DNA of 64,000 nucleotides from a virus: the IMG/VR virus record IMGVR_UViG_3300026097_000017, positions 1-64,000 of that record, one strand, 5' to 3'. The notes beneath the pieces were generated by a model. That model was given only the letters and a program-made list of their open reading frames with translations, did no database searches and was not told where the DNA came from. Below, in pieces: positions 9,579-17,911 of this stretch. Both the position numbers and the translations under genes were made by a program. Position 1 is the stretch's first letter; each line of letters starts with the position of its first letter.

Positions 9579-9607
9579 ATTATGAACTATTATGACAAAA
9601 AAAGCAA
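9579..9607 (-). promoter_or_regulatory. sigma70-type promoter TTGCTT-N17-CATAAT
   Basis: Consensus boxes, 17-bp spacer. Confidence 0.7.
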
Positions 9608-9614
9608 GCGTTTT

Positions 9615-9896
9615 TTAACACCCAACAGAATTATTTTCAATTTCCCATTGTGATCTAATTTCTTCAGCTTGCTCTTTAGTAGCAACTGCAACCTGACGAA
9701 CTAAACCACCTTCAGTAGATTGCTCAACGACAACCCAACTGGTATCAGTACCACCTTCAGATAGGTTACTCAAAATTGAAATTACTGATGACATGTCATT
9801 TTCCTCGTGTTTGAAGATGCGATCCCAATTAGCTGAGAACGCATCCGTATTTACTTTTCTGAATGATGAGCCTTTGCCGCCATGCCACTTAGACAT
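9615..9896 (-). CDS. hypothetical protein
   Basis: MSKWHGGKGS...NWDRIF N-terminus. Confidence 0.6.
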   Translation of the reverse strand: MSKWHGGKGSSFRKVNTDAFSANWDRIFKHEENDMSSVISILSNLSEGGTDTSWVVVEQSTEGGLVRQVAVATKEQAEEIRSQWEIENNSVGC

Positions 9897-9990
9897 TCAT
9901 AAACACATTCAGTAGCATCATTCCGAAAACTGACGCTATCGTAACGGCAGCAATATATGCCAATGCTGCAACAGCCCAAAAGCTATTCAT
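9889..9990 (-). CDS. small single-TM peptide (33 aa)
   Basis: Read manually: MNSFWAVAALAYIAAVTIASVFGMMLLNVFMNV. Confidence 0.5.
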   Translation of the reverse strand: MNSFWAVAALAYIAAVTIASVFGMMLLNVFMNV

Positions 9991-9992
9991 AA

Positions 9993-10121
9993 TTAATCCG
10001 CCCTTAATTGCATTATTGTGAGTTTTCTTTCTAATTTTTGTGCCTTTTTTATTTTACCTTTAGTATATGCTTTCAGCATTTTGAAGTAGACTTCTTTGAT
10101 TTTATTGATAGCTTGAGTCAT
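9993..10121 (-). CDS. small basic protein (42 aa)
   Basis: Read manually: MTQAINKIKEVYFKMLKAY...; GAGGAG RBS. Confidence 0.6.
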   Translation of the reverse strand: MTQAINKIKEVYFKMLKAYTKGKIKKAQKLERKLTIMQLRAD

Positions 10122-10130
10122 TTTTACTCC

Positions 10131-10793
10131 TCAATGTTTTAGTAATTCCCATGTTCCATCATGGTGTTCTATTAATGCTGTACAATTAGTTACCCAATCC
10201 CCACAATTCATGTAAGTCTCTTTGATCTTAGGAGAGTGCGTGTGACCAGTGATTGTACAGTCATATCCTTTAACTTTTAAGTATTTCTTAATAGTTCGTT
10301 CTGTTCCGAGCAAGTTATACATTTTATCAGAAAAAGAATTATTTTCTTCTTTATGTGGTATGTAGTCCCATACATGCGCAGCGAAATTGATTACAGGTGT
10401 TGGGATCTTCATAGTAAGATCGAAGTAGTCTCCGTGTGTAACAAATATATTACGACCATCCAAACTTGTATAATCGAAACTATCAACAATCTGACACCGC
10501 CCAAATTGAAAATCATATTTGAAAAAAGGACGAATAAACTCGTCATGGTTACCAGCGACATATATAACATTCATTTTCTCCGAGAGTTTTAAAATTCTAC
10601 GAATTACTTCTGTCTGGGTTTTAGTCCAGTAGTGCCTGCGTCGCAATGCCCATCCATCAATAATGTCTCCGACTAAAAAAAGATTTTCTGCTGTGAATGT
10701 GTCTAGAAACTGATGTAGCTTTTTAGCTTTACATGCTTTAGTGCCAAGATGTACATCGCTAATGAATACTGATCTGTATTCAAGTTTTTCCAT
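10131..10793 (-). CDS. LpxH-like UDP-2,3-diacylglucosamine diphosphatase-family metallophosphoesterase
   Basis: ISDVHLG, GDIIDGW, GNHD, HGD, GHTH, NCGDW. Confidence 0.85.
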   Translation of the reverse strand: MEKLEYRSVFISDVHLGTKACKAKKLHQFLDTFTAENLFLVGDIIDGWALRRRHYWTKTQTEVIRRILKLSEKMNVIYVAGNHDEFIRPFFKYDFQFGRCQIVDSFDYTSLDGRNIFVTHGDYFDLTMKIPTPVINFAAHVWDYIPHKEENNSFSDKMYNLLGTERTIKKYLKVKGYDCTITGHTHSPKIKETYMNCGDWVTNCTALIEHHDGTWELLKH

Positions 10794-11137
10794 CAGTTCC
10801 TTCTCATTTTCGATATATCTTCTGCAGATTTAGAGTCGAAAACTGGCACCATGTTAGACTTATGCATCGTTGCGATACCGAGGAGTTTGTCACCAGTATA
10901 CTGAGGTGACTCTTTCTTATCGGTGTTCCCCCTGCCTATTTCATATCGGCTCGGATAAGTTTTCGACTCTCTAATATATTTAGCTCGAGTCTGCTTCAGA
11001 TCCTTGAACTTGAACTCTACATGTTTGAGTTGGTCAGGGTGTATTCCGAGTTTCTTTAAACGTCTCTCTTCAGCTGCTTGTGCAGCCAATTTAGCACGCT
11101 GTCTCTTCAGGCTTGCTTTGCGCTTTTTTGATGACAT
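10793..11137 (-). CDS. conserved T4-like phage hypothetical protein
   Basis: YTGDKLLGIATMHKSNMVPVF. Confidence 0.75.
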   Translation of the reverse strand: MSSKKRKASLKRQRAKLAAQAAEERRLKKLGIHPDQLKHVEFKFKDLKQTRAKYIRESKTYPSRYEIGRGNTDKKESPQYTGDKLLGIATMHKSNMVPVFDSKSAEDISKMRRN

Positions 11138-11742
11138 AATAAATCCTCTAGCTGATCGTAAAAACAACCAATCACATTGTTAGCAACCACTTGATAAATT
11201 GCTAATTCCATTCTAGGGTATACGAAGATGAACTTAATGTCAAGGTTTTTATTAGCGAACCACTCAAAATATTTCACACGCATTTGTGAAAACACTTTAT
11301 TGGTTCTTGTTTCTGGACCATAATTTTCAGTGCCATCATACATGTTACTCAAACCATAGTCCATATCTAACATAAAATCAAAACCCATTATCCATAGTTC
11401 TTTTTTATCATGGCGAATGGCTTCTTGCATGGCATTCATGCCTGCATTAGAACGATTGCGAGGAGAGAAGCGATACTCTGCAGATTCATAACATTCGTCA
11501 TTGGGAGGGAAAATGACTCGATCTTTCGGGAACGTGCTATTACTGATCTCATTCTTAATGCCATCGTCTATGGCGACAAGATAGTCTGGAAGATCATACT
11601 TTTGTAGATCTCGGTAGATAGCGTTACACCCATAAACAGGTGCAATACTCTTTAACTTAGAGGCATCAAAATCTTTACGACTTTTGCCGTTCCCCAATAT
11701 GAACGCTGTTTTCGAGTTCAGTGTCAAATTGCTCATCATCAT
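11107..11742 (-). CDS. Maf/sialyltransferase-fold (DUF115-like) protein
   Basis: FILGNGKSR...YGCNAIYRD...DYLVAID...MGFDF. Confidence 0.55.
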   Translation of the reverse strand: MMMSNLTLNSKTAFILGNGKSRKDFDASKLKSIAPVYGCNAIYRDLQKYDLPDYLVAIDDGIKNEISNSTFPKDRVIFPPNDECYESAEYRFSPRNRSNAGMNAMQEAIRHDKKELWIMGFDFMLDMDYGLSNMYDGTENYGPETRTNKVFSQMRVKYFEWFANKNLDIKFIFVYPRMELAIYQVVANNVIGCFYDQLEDLLCHQKSAKQA

Positions 11743-11860
11743 CCTCAGTAATATAATCAGCGAACTTTCTTAAGTTAGTCTTGTAATTATTTCTGTGTTC
11801 ATTTTGAACACGTCTAATACGTTTAAATTCATCGGCAACGTATCTTTTAGTCTTTGACAT
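11675..11860 (-). CDS. hypothetical protein
   Basis: Coupled ORF. Confidence 0.55.
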   Translation of the reverse strand: MSKTKRYVADEFKRIRRVQNEHRNNYKTNLRKFADYITEDDDEQFDTELENSVHIGERQKS

Positions 11861-12302
11861 CCCTATTTACCTCAGGATCTTTCTCGAAAGTTTCAGGAAA
11901 TGCTTCTACGGCAAGTTTTTTGGTGATGTTTTTGATCTTAATATCACCGTCTTTAATTTGAATTAACAACTCAGCTTCGTCAGGTGAGACTGCCTCTAGA
12001 ATCTCGATAAACATTTGTTCTCTCTTCACGGACTTTAATCCATTACCCAAAACAAAGTATTGGAATTTCCTAGCTTCAGAAGGAAGTCTGTTATATCCCC
12101 AGTTATCTGGTACATCAAGTTTCCTGTATGGGGGAATGCCTTCAGGCAAATCCCAAACGATGTCACTGCGATAACAAAATTTCAGGCACTTTAAAATAAC
12201 TGGATTATTTTTTGCCTCTCTTCTTAGCGCATTAACTCTATCTTTGTAGGATTTGATATTACCCACTTCATTCAATAGCTCAGGAATATTCTTTGTTGTC
12301 AT
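11847..12302 (-). CDS. conserved T4-like phage protein (DUF6433-like)
   Basis: LPEGIPPY...KREQMFIEILE...EAELL. Confidence 0.75.
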   Translation of the reverse strand: MTTKNIPELLNEVGNIKSYKDRVNALRREAKNNPVILKCLKFCYRSDIVWDLPEGIPPYRKLDVPDNWGYNRLPSEARKFQYFVLGNGLKSVKREQMFIEILEAVSPDEAELLIQIKDGDIKIKNITKKLAVEAFPETFEKDPEVNRDVKD

Positions 12303-12331
12303 AATCGATCCATTTTATTACTAATTCCTAA

Positions 12332-12338
12332 TATTTAT
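12332..12338 (-). promoter_or_regulatory. T4-type late promoter ATAAATA
   Basis: gp55-type box about 30 nt before a start codon. Confidence 0.5.
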
Positions 12339-13330
12339 TTAATGGCTTCCAGTAACCCAACCCACTCCTGAGTTCTCGCCTTCCAGTTGTAGAAAGTATT
12401 GAAGTAAACTCTTTGTAAGTCAAGCAGATCTTGAACTTCATTCTTGTTCAGATTATCGATCGCATGTTTTAAAATACCTGTGAATACATTAGCATGAGCT
12501 TGCTTGTCAGGATGCCAGTTATACATCCAAGCAAAATTAGCACAAGTTTCAGGTAATGCTGCATAGTTGGGGCATACTGTTAAACATCCTGCCGCCATCG
12601 CTTCAATAGCACAAATGCAAGAAGTTTCAGCCCAAGTTGACGGATAGGCAAATATATGTGCCTTAGTAAGAGCACTACGAATAGTAGCATTATCCACAGT
12701 ACCATGATAGTTGATTCCAGGATGTTGCTTACAGAACTCAAAAAGTTCTTGATAAGGTTTGTCGCGCTCAGCCCATCCATAAAGCTCGAAGCTCGAGTAC
12801 ACGTCGAGCTCAATGTCCTGCCTTTCTTCATAAAGTTTGGCGAAAGCCGCAACCAATATGTCAAGACCGCGATGCGGAGTCGAATGGTAAATAAGTCGAA
12901 TTTTATCTTTAGGTTTTTCATGACGCTCAATAGGCTCAATAGCATTTTTTAACACGATACCGTCTTGATATGGAACACCGAGACGATGGAAATATCTTTC
13001 TTGTTGCCAGTTACTGACAAAAACTAATTTAGAAAACTGCTTACGATACTCAGCATCTTTTAAATTCTGCACTTCAGGATCTTCTGCTAAATCATGTAGC
13101 CAAAGAATAGATGGGCGATCAGGATCTATCTCTCGAACGCGAGAACAAATAATCTGAGCCTTGTCCTTCAGGTTTGCTGGTAGCCTGTCATACAGACCAT
13201 ACTTCATCAACTCAGTGCCACCCATGGCATTCTTAGACAACTCATCAGTAGCAACACTTTTAGGTGGTGTTATCTTAAATGAGAATGTGTCGTCAGAACT
13301 AATTGCTCTCGCGCCTGCTTTTACGCTCAT
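12335..13330 (-). CDS. GT4 (group 1) glycosyltransferase
   Basis: GGTE, WLHD, HSTPHRGL, YPSTWAETSCICAIEAMAAG, ALPET. Confidence 0.85.
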   Translation of the reverse strand: MSVKAGARAISSDDTFSFKITPPKSVATDELSKNAMGGTELMKYGLYDRLPANLKDKAQIICSRVREIDPDRPSILWLHDLAEDPEVQNLKDAEYRKQFSKLVFVSNWQQERYFHRLGVPYQDGIVLKNAIEPIERHEKPKDKIRLIYHSTPHRGLDILVAAFAKLYEERQDIELDVYSSFELYGWAERDKPYQELFEFCKQHPGINYHGTVDNATIRSALTKAHIFAYPSTWAETSCICAIEAMAAGCLTVCPNYAALPETCANFAWMYNWHPDKQAHANVFTGILKHAIDNLNKNEVQDLLDLQRVYFNTFYNWKARTQEWVGLLEAIK

Positions 13331-13944
13331 TCTTCTTCCTCTTCATTCGGTTCAACTTCACCATTTGTGACCCAGTCAGACCATTGATCTCTAGCTTCTT
13401 CTAACATGTCCCAATCCATTTCCATGCATTCTTCTTCATCAGGCTCATCAGTTTCTTCATTGATGGGATAAGTCAAATAATTTTCATGGATCAAGTCAGT
13501 ATTATCCAAAAAGTATTCATACTCATTACCATTCAAATACTGAAATCTTCCTACGAAATTATATGCCTCATCATCATGATCCATAATAAGTTCTGAATCA
13601 GGGTCTTCGGCAAAAGCATTTTCATAGATTCTTTTGAATAAATTACGTGGTGGAGACCAAGCGGAATATCCTGAGACGTTAAGAGTTGCTTCTCCACTAT
13701 CTTCCTCAAGATGATAGTCTACATCGTCAATATGACACCATTTAGCACCAACACATTCAATGAAGAAATTGTATTCGTTCTCAACTTCACCTTGATGGTC
13801 ATACAACTCTTTGATGACCTCTATAGGATCAGCTTCAGTAGTACCATCAATATTTGAACTGATCGATGTTAATTTATCAGATATATTCTTCAAGCACTTT
13901 GCTTTAGAATTGACAGTGACATAGTAATAAACATGATTAGCCAT
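13327..13944 (-). CDS. DUF1281/YubB ferredoxin-like protein
   Basis: GAKW...SAWSPP motif. Confidence 0.6.
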   Translation of the reverse strand: MANHVYYYVTVNSKAKCLKNISDKLTSISSNIDGTTEADPIEVIKELYDHQGEVENEYNFFIECVGAKWCHIDDVDYHLEEDSGEATLNVSGYSAWSPPRNLFKRIYENAFAEDPDSELIMDHDDEAYNFVGRFQYLNGNEYEYFLDNTDLIHENYLTYPINEETDEPDEEECMEMDWDMLEEARDQWSDWVTNGEVEPNEEEEE

Positions 13945-14200
13945 ATTTTTTAGTCACCTCAAACGTATTGATCGAATCTACTCTGAACGAACGCCAATCT
14001 TTTTTCTCAAGATCATACACTGCAACAGCTTCTTCATTCTTTTTCTTACTGCTCTTTGACTCAGTTTTAGGCAGTAAGTCTTCACGCAATGTGCAAAGCA
14101 TATCTCTTGCTTCACCGTTAGCTTTTGTAAACGAAACTTTCACAACTTCATTCAACAACGTGTTTAAAATGAAATCTCTAGCGACCATAATATTCTCCAT
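13937..14200 (-). CDS. WYL_2/SH3 beta-barrel protein
   Basis: VSFTKANGEARDMLCTL...VYDLEKKDWRSFR. Confidence 0.75.
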   Translation of the reverse strand: MENIMVARDFILNTLLNEVVKVSFTKANGEARDMLCTLREDLLPKTESKSSKKKNEEAVAVYDLEKKDWRSFRVDSINTFEVTKKYG

Positions 14201-14874
14201 CAGTCATTAACAAATTCTTCCATCATAGGGAAGATAGGTTGTAGTACATTAGCACATTCACGTGCCACTAACATATGTTCTTTTTGAGTACCATTACCCG
14301 ACCTCAAATCAATGTAATGCACCCAAGAACGCAAAGTACCATTCATATATAGACGAGACTTAGTGAGTCCTTCAGGCAGGAGTGCTCGAGCCTGTTCTTT
14401 AGCAATACCCATCTTGATTGCTCTACGATATTCACGGGATGCCATCCACTCAACACGACTCTGAATACGATACCAATCGCGTTCCATTTCTCCATCCTCG
14501 ACTGCTATACTATTCTGTCGATTCTTTAAGCACTGCAGACGTGCTTCACGTTTTTCAAACATCTCATCAAAGTCTTGATCAGGATTAGCATATCGCTGAC
14601 TAAACTCTTGAAATGAGAAAGAACGATGGCGAAGAATCTGCCGAGCAATATCCCGTGTCGTTTCAATCTCTAGACAAGCACTGACCATCTCGAGCGGGGA
14701 CCAGTGTCCATGTTTGACCAAGTATCGTATAAGTTTTTCCGATGTCTCAGTGTTAAGCTGGTTCGATGGATTGGAGACACGGGCTGCATACGCGATGAGC
14801 TCTTGGGCGTTATCGATTCCCTGTGCTGCAAGATCTGCAGGTGGCTGAGACCAGGATATAAGTTTAACATTCAT
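14200..14874 (-). CDS. thyX: FAD-dependent thymidylate synthase
   Basis: GHWSPLE, RQILRHRSFSFQEFSQRY, EQARALLP. Confidence 0.95.
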   Translation of the reverse strand: MNVKLISWSQPPADLAAQGIDNAQELIAYAARVSNPSNQLNTETSEKLIRYLVKHGHWSPLEMVSACLEIETTRDIARQILRHRSFSFQEFSQRYANPDQDFDEMFEKREARLQCLKNRQNSIAVEDGEMERDWYRIQSRVEWMASREYRRAIKMGIAKEQARALLPEGLTKSRLYMNGTLRSWVHYIDLRSGNGTQKEHMLVARECANVLQPIFPMMEEFVND

Positions 14875-15347
14875 TAGATATCTCTTTTAGCGCAACAAAT
14901 TTCAAATGTATCAAACAGAGTTTCAAACTTGATCTGATATAACTTCTCAAGTCCAATTAGTATATTAGCTAATTCATCATCAGTCAACTCTCTTTTATCT
15001 AGATGAGTAGTGTAAATGAGTTTAATATCATCTACAATATTCCAGCAATGCATGATTTCCTGCTCTAAATCAAACCGAGTTTTTGGGCTCTGTCTTTGCC
15101 GCTCCACTTCACGAGTCAAATCAATGAATGCAGAGTTGTATGGACTAGCAGATTTAATTATACCAGTGCACCAATTTTCTGCACAATCTTCAGCATAATT
15201 TACGCTGTGATTTTCCATTGATCTTGTTTCAATTAGCAGATCACCTTCGTACATCTGAACAAAATATGTACCATTACTGATCGCTACTTTCGCGCTTCTT
15301 TTTGGATACTCTGCACTTCCCAGATACTCTGTTAGAATCTCCATCAC
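14874..15347 (-). CDS. hypothetical protein (possibly a fusion of two small phage domains)
   Basis: YAEDCAENW domain plus FDLEQEIMHCW domain. Confidence 0.65.
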   Translation of the reverse strand: MMEILTEYLGSAEYPKRSAKVAISNGTYFVQMYEGDLLIETRSMENHSVNYAEDCAENWCTGIIKSASPYNSAFIDLTREVERQRQSPKTRFDLEQEIMHCWNIVDDIKLIYTTHLDKRELTDDELANILIGLEKLYQIKFETLFDTFEICCAKRDI

Positions 15348-15531
15348 TCTTTTCCACCTTTGGATTTAATTGTATTAATCTCACTTCAAGATGAGCAATG
15401 ACTTCTTCATAACGTTTCGTTAATCCACGATTGCCTCTTGAACGCCAAAACTCGAGGTTGCGCTCAGCAGCTCTAAGAGCATTACTGACGCCACCCCACT
15501 CACGAATAAAATGCTCAACAGCAACGTCCAT
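15274..15531 (-). CDS. hypothetical protein
   Basis: TAATG coupling to the upstream gene. Confidence 0.5.
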   Translation of the reverse strand: MDVAVEHFIREWGGVSNALRAAERNLEFWRSRGNRGLTKRYEEVIAHLEVRLIQLNPKVEKSDGDSNRVSGKCRVSKKKRESSDQ

Positions 15532-16019
15532 TAGCGCACCCGATAACTAACATTAACTGTCACATACGCACCAGGATCGCGATTCATGAACACGGTATAT
15601 TCTTGGTTGTTCATTTCATATCTCACGTTATAACCTTGAACACGCTCTTCATACTGATAGGTTGTTTGAGGAACGCAGTTCTGGACGTTTTTGTAACCGA
15701 CAATCGTACGATTACCACGCTTCGCTTGATCAGCACCCATGATAGCACCGAGGACAGTAGCAGCATCCTTACCTTTACCTTCCCCAACTTGATTACCGAT
15801 CGCTCCGCCAATCACTGCTCCGAGGAAAACATCACCAGTAGAAGCAGTGCTGTCATAAACAGGAACTTGACTAGTTGAACACACTTGAGTTGTTGTAGGA
15901 ACAGCAACTTGCGTCTTGATAGGAATTACCTGAGTAACAGGAGCTTGGAAAGTTTGGTTCTGAGCGAGCGCAGTACCAGAGAAAACGAGAGCCGAAGCCA
16001 AGATCATCAATTTTTTCAT
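15531..16019 (-). CDS. glycine-zipper 2TM envelope protein with signal peptide
   Basis: MKKLMILASAL...ALA; LGAVIGGAIGNQVGEGKGKDAATVLGAIMG. Confidence 0.85.
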   Translation of the reverse strand: MKKLMILASALVFSGTALAQNQTFQAPVTQVIPIKTQVAVPTTTQVCSTSQVPVYDSTASTGDVFLGAVIGGAIGNQVGEGKGKDAATVLGAIMGADQAKRGNRTIVGYKNVQNCVPQTTYQYEERVQGYNVRYEMNNQEYTVFMNRDPGAYVTVNVSYRVR

Positions 16020-16047
16020 TTCATCACCTTTAATCAATTCAGTATTA

Positions 16048-16076
16048 ATTATGCACTATTTATGGAAATAAAGCAA
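16048..16076 (-). promoter_or_regulatory. sigma70 promoter TTGCTT-N17-CATAAT with embedded late box ATAAATA (16057-16063)
   Basis: Both motifs read directly. Confidence 0.7.
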
Positions 16077-16096
16077 GCGTTTTTATGAAAAAAATT
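16070..16096. repeat. 27-bp direct repeat, copy 1 (aaagcaagcgtttttatgaaaaaaatt)
   Basis: Identical to 19565-19591. Confidence 0.85.
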
Positions 16097-16469
16097 CTAA
16101 TAATTTTAGTCCGACTGCAGTAGCAGTGACAGCAGATCCTATCATAATTGCCTTATCGTTCCAGAGACCACCAACATATACCCAGCCAATTGCTGAAATG
16201 AAATAAGAGATAGTCCCGTAAAGTGCAAAAGAACTGCTCATCAAGAATATGCCCATGACACCAGTAATTACTGACATCCATTTTACTATCCAAGAAATAT
16301 CATCTCTGGGGGTAGCTGGAGTCAGAGCATCATTTTCAGCCTGTAAAGCAGTCAGCTCTTCATTCAATCGCTTTTTTTCTTTACTCAGCTCCATTGCGAG
16401 CTGAGCAGCTTTACTCATGACTGCTGGTGAATCCTCTTTAGGAGTTTCTTGATGAGCAGATTTTTCCAT
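16083..16469 (-). CDS. membrane protein (DUF6552-like)
   Basis: WIVKW...GWVYVGGLWNDKAIM; 3 TM. Confidence 0.7.
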   Translation of the reverse strand: MEKSAHQETPKEDSPAVMSKAAQLAMELSKEKKRLNEELTALQAENDALTPATPRDDISWIVKWMSVITGVMGIFLMSSSFALYGTISYFISAIGWVYVGGLWNDKAIMIGSAVTATAVGLKLLEFFS

Positions 16470-16739
16470 TTATGTAATCAATCCTGATGTTGCTTGCCGA
16501 TATGCCTTGACGACATCATCATTAGTGGCAGTATAGAACACATAATTTTGAATGGTGATCTCATCAGGATTGTCTTCGCCTGTCATACAGACTCCGCGAG
16601 CAAACCCCATGTTTCCACCTTCACCGTAAACTAACATGCGTGGGTCATCTAGAGTGATGGCTCCACCGCCTGTGTTATTTAACTTACCTACAAACTCACC
16701 TGCCATTGTGACGACAGAAACTACTTGACCTTTATTCAT
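16470..16739 (-). CDS. Sm-like small protein
   Basis: VVSVVTMAGEFVGK...AYRQATSGLI. Confidence 0.65.
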   Translation of the reverse strand: MNKGQVVSVVTMAGEFVGKLNNTGGGAITLDDPRMLVYGEGGNMGFARGVCMTGEDNPDEITIQNYVFYTATNDDVVKAYRQATSGLIT

Positions 16740-16744
16740 CTTCT

Positions 16745-17278
16745 TTACCTTTTTAGCATTACTCTCAATTCATTGTGTCCATTCTTCAAAGTGTGAACGG
16801 CATGATCATCTATTTTACATCTATCAAGATGTTTAGTCAACTTTTCTAACCACCACTGTGGCTCTTTTATAATTATATGAGTGTTACGTCCATCAGGAAG
16901 TTTCTTTTGTGCTGGGTAACACGCAATGACCATATAAGCATGGCGATCGATCAGTTTATCCATACCTTGAACAATCTCAGCAAGATACTCAAATTCTAGA
17001 TGTTCCATTACATCAAGACAGAACATCATATCATAAGATTGTGTTGGATATTGGTGATACTTTTCTACTGCTGGATCATATCCATCAACTTGGATATCAG
17101 GAAAATCTTCTTTAAGTTTATTAACAAGATTTCCATGAGCGCAACCATAATCTAGAATAGATTTGGGATTATGCTTGGTAACAAAGTTGAATGCATCTTC
17201 ATATTCATTTAAACGTCCAGCAAACATATTACGCTGATGCATCGATGATAACTGCACTTTATAGTTTTCTGAAATCAT
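16745..17278 (-). CDS. class I SAM-dependent methyltransferase
   Basis: ILDYGCAHG, GYDP, DVMEHL; start revised to MISEN because the track extension overlaps RNA genes. Confidence 0.85.
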   Translation of the reverse strand: MISENYKVQLSSMHQRNMFAGRLNEYEDAFNFVTKHNPKSILDYGCAHGNLVNKLKEDFPDIQVDGYDPAVEKYHQYPTQSYDMMFCLDVMEHLEFEYLAEIVQGMDKLIDRHAYMVIACYPAQKKLPDGRNTHIIIKEPQWWLEKLTKHLDRCKIDDHAVHTLKNGHNELRVMLKR

Positions 17279-17293
17279 TACATAATTTCCTAG

Positions 17294-17317
17294 TGGAGCC
17301 AAGGACAGGAATCGAAC
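17294..17317 (-). pseudogene. 3' remnant of a tRNA gene (T-loop, acceptor 3' strand, CCA)
   Basis: GTTCGATTCCTGTCCTTGGCTCCA with no 5' half upstream. Confidence 0.65.
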
Positions 17318-17331
17318 ATTCCAAAAATAAA

Positions 17332-17489
17332 TGGCGGAACGGGGGGAATCGGGTAACCCCCAAGGAGGTACTATCTGATGTACCTTTCCGAATGGACCTC
17401 CTACAACTCGCAACCTCGCTAAAGGTATGGACGCTATCCCTTTGAGTTTACCTTATCCCCCATCAGCGAGAGATATTCGGTCACGTTCC
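17332..17489 (-). ncRNA. 158-nt tRNA-like structured RNA (tRNA-Ser-like ends, no anticodon arm)
   Basis: GGAACG/CGTTCC acceptor plus GCCA, T-arm GGGGG-TT(ACC)CGATT-CCCCC, several internal helices. Confidence 0.75.
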
Positions 17490-17548
17490 TATCGGTGTTG
17501 CAATCACCGAACTCGGTTTGTCTAATGATTATTTCATTAGACTGAAAA

Positions 17549-17624
17549 TGGCTGGGATAGTAGGGCTCGAACCTACGACCGAAGGATTAACAGTCCTTTG
17601 CTCTACCAACTGAGCTATATCCCA
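17549..17624 (-). tRNA. tRNA-Asn(GTT)
   Basis: TGGGATATAGCTCAGTTGGTAGAGC-AAAGGA-CTGTTAA-TCCTT...GGTTCGAGCC...ATCCCAGCCA. Confidence 0.95.
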
Positions 17625-17630
17625 ATAAAT

Positions 17631-17707
17631 TGGCGTCCCCTGCAGGATTCGAACCTGCGACCCACAGCTTAGAAGGCTGTTGCTCTATCCAGCTGAGCTA
17701 AGGGGAC
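17631..17707 (-). tRNA. tRNA-Arg(TCT)
   Basis: GTCCCCTTAGCTCAGCTGGATAGAGC-AACAGC-CTTCTAA-GCTGT...GGTTCGAATCC...GGGGACGCCA. Confidence 0.95.
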
Positions 17708-17713
17708 AAAACT

Positions 17714-17812
17714 TTAAAACTTACAATCACTCTTTGCAATTAAATAGATAGCTGCTACAACGAGAACGCCACCAAGAAGAATCACATCAAGATAGTTTTG
17801 GGTGTATTCCAT
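17714..17812 (-). CDS. small single-TM peptide (32 aa)
   Basis: Read manually: MEYTQNYLDVILLGGVLVVAAIYLIAKSDCKF; GAGG RBS. Confidence 0.6.
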   Translation of the reverse strand: MEYTQNYLDVILLGGVLVVAAIYLIAKSDCKF

Positions 17813-17840
17813 AAAAACCTCATAACAAATCAACTATTCA

Positions 17841-17869
17841 ATTATAAGAGATACTCGCACAAAAAGCAA
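17841..17869 (-). promoter_or_regulatory. sigma70 promoter TTGCTT-N17-TATAAT driving the tRNA cluster
   Basis: Consensus boxes. Confidence 0.8.
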
Positions 17870-17880
17870 GCATTTTTTTT

Positions 17881-17910
17881 AAAAAAGATGGGGGGATTTA
17901 ACCCCCACCC
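17881..17910 (-). terminator. rho-independent terminator after the DUF932 gene
   Basis: G-rich/C-rich stem followed by TCTTTTTT. Confidence 0.6.
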
Positions 17911-17911
17911 A

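Noticed and set aside
17279-17413. N-terminal extension of the methyltransferase ORF
   Set aside because: Runs through the tRNA-like RNA and tRNA remnant; the downstream ATG fits the domain
17332-17489. tRNA-Sec, tmRNA or intron-containing tRNA interpretation
   Set aside because: No UCA anticodon arm or extended acceptor; no G3-U70/A discriminator and too short for tmRNA; no group I core visible
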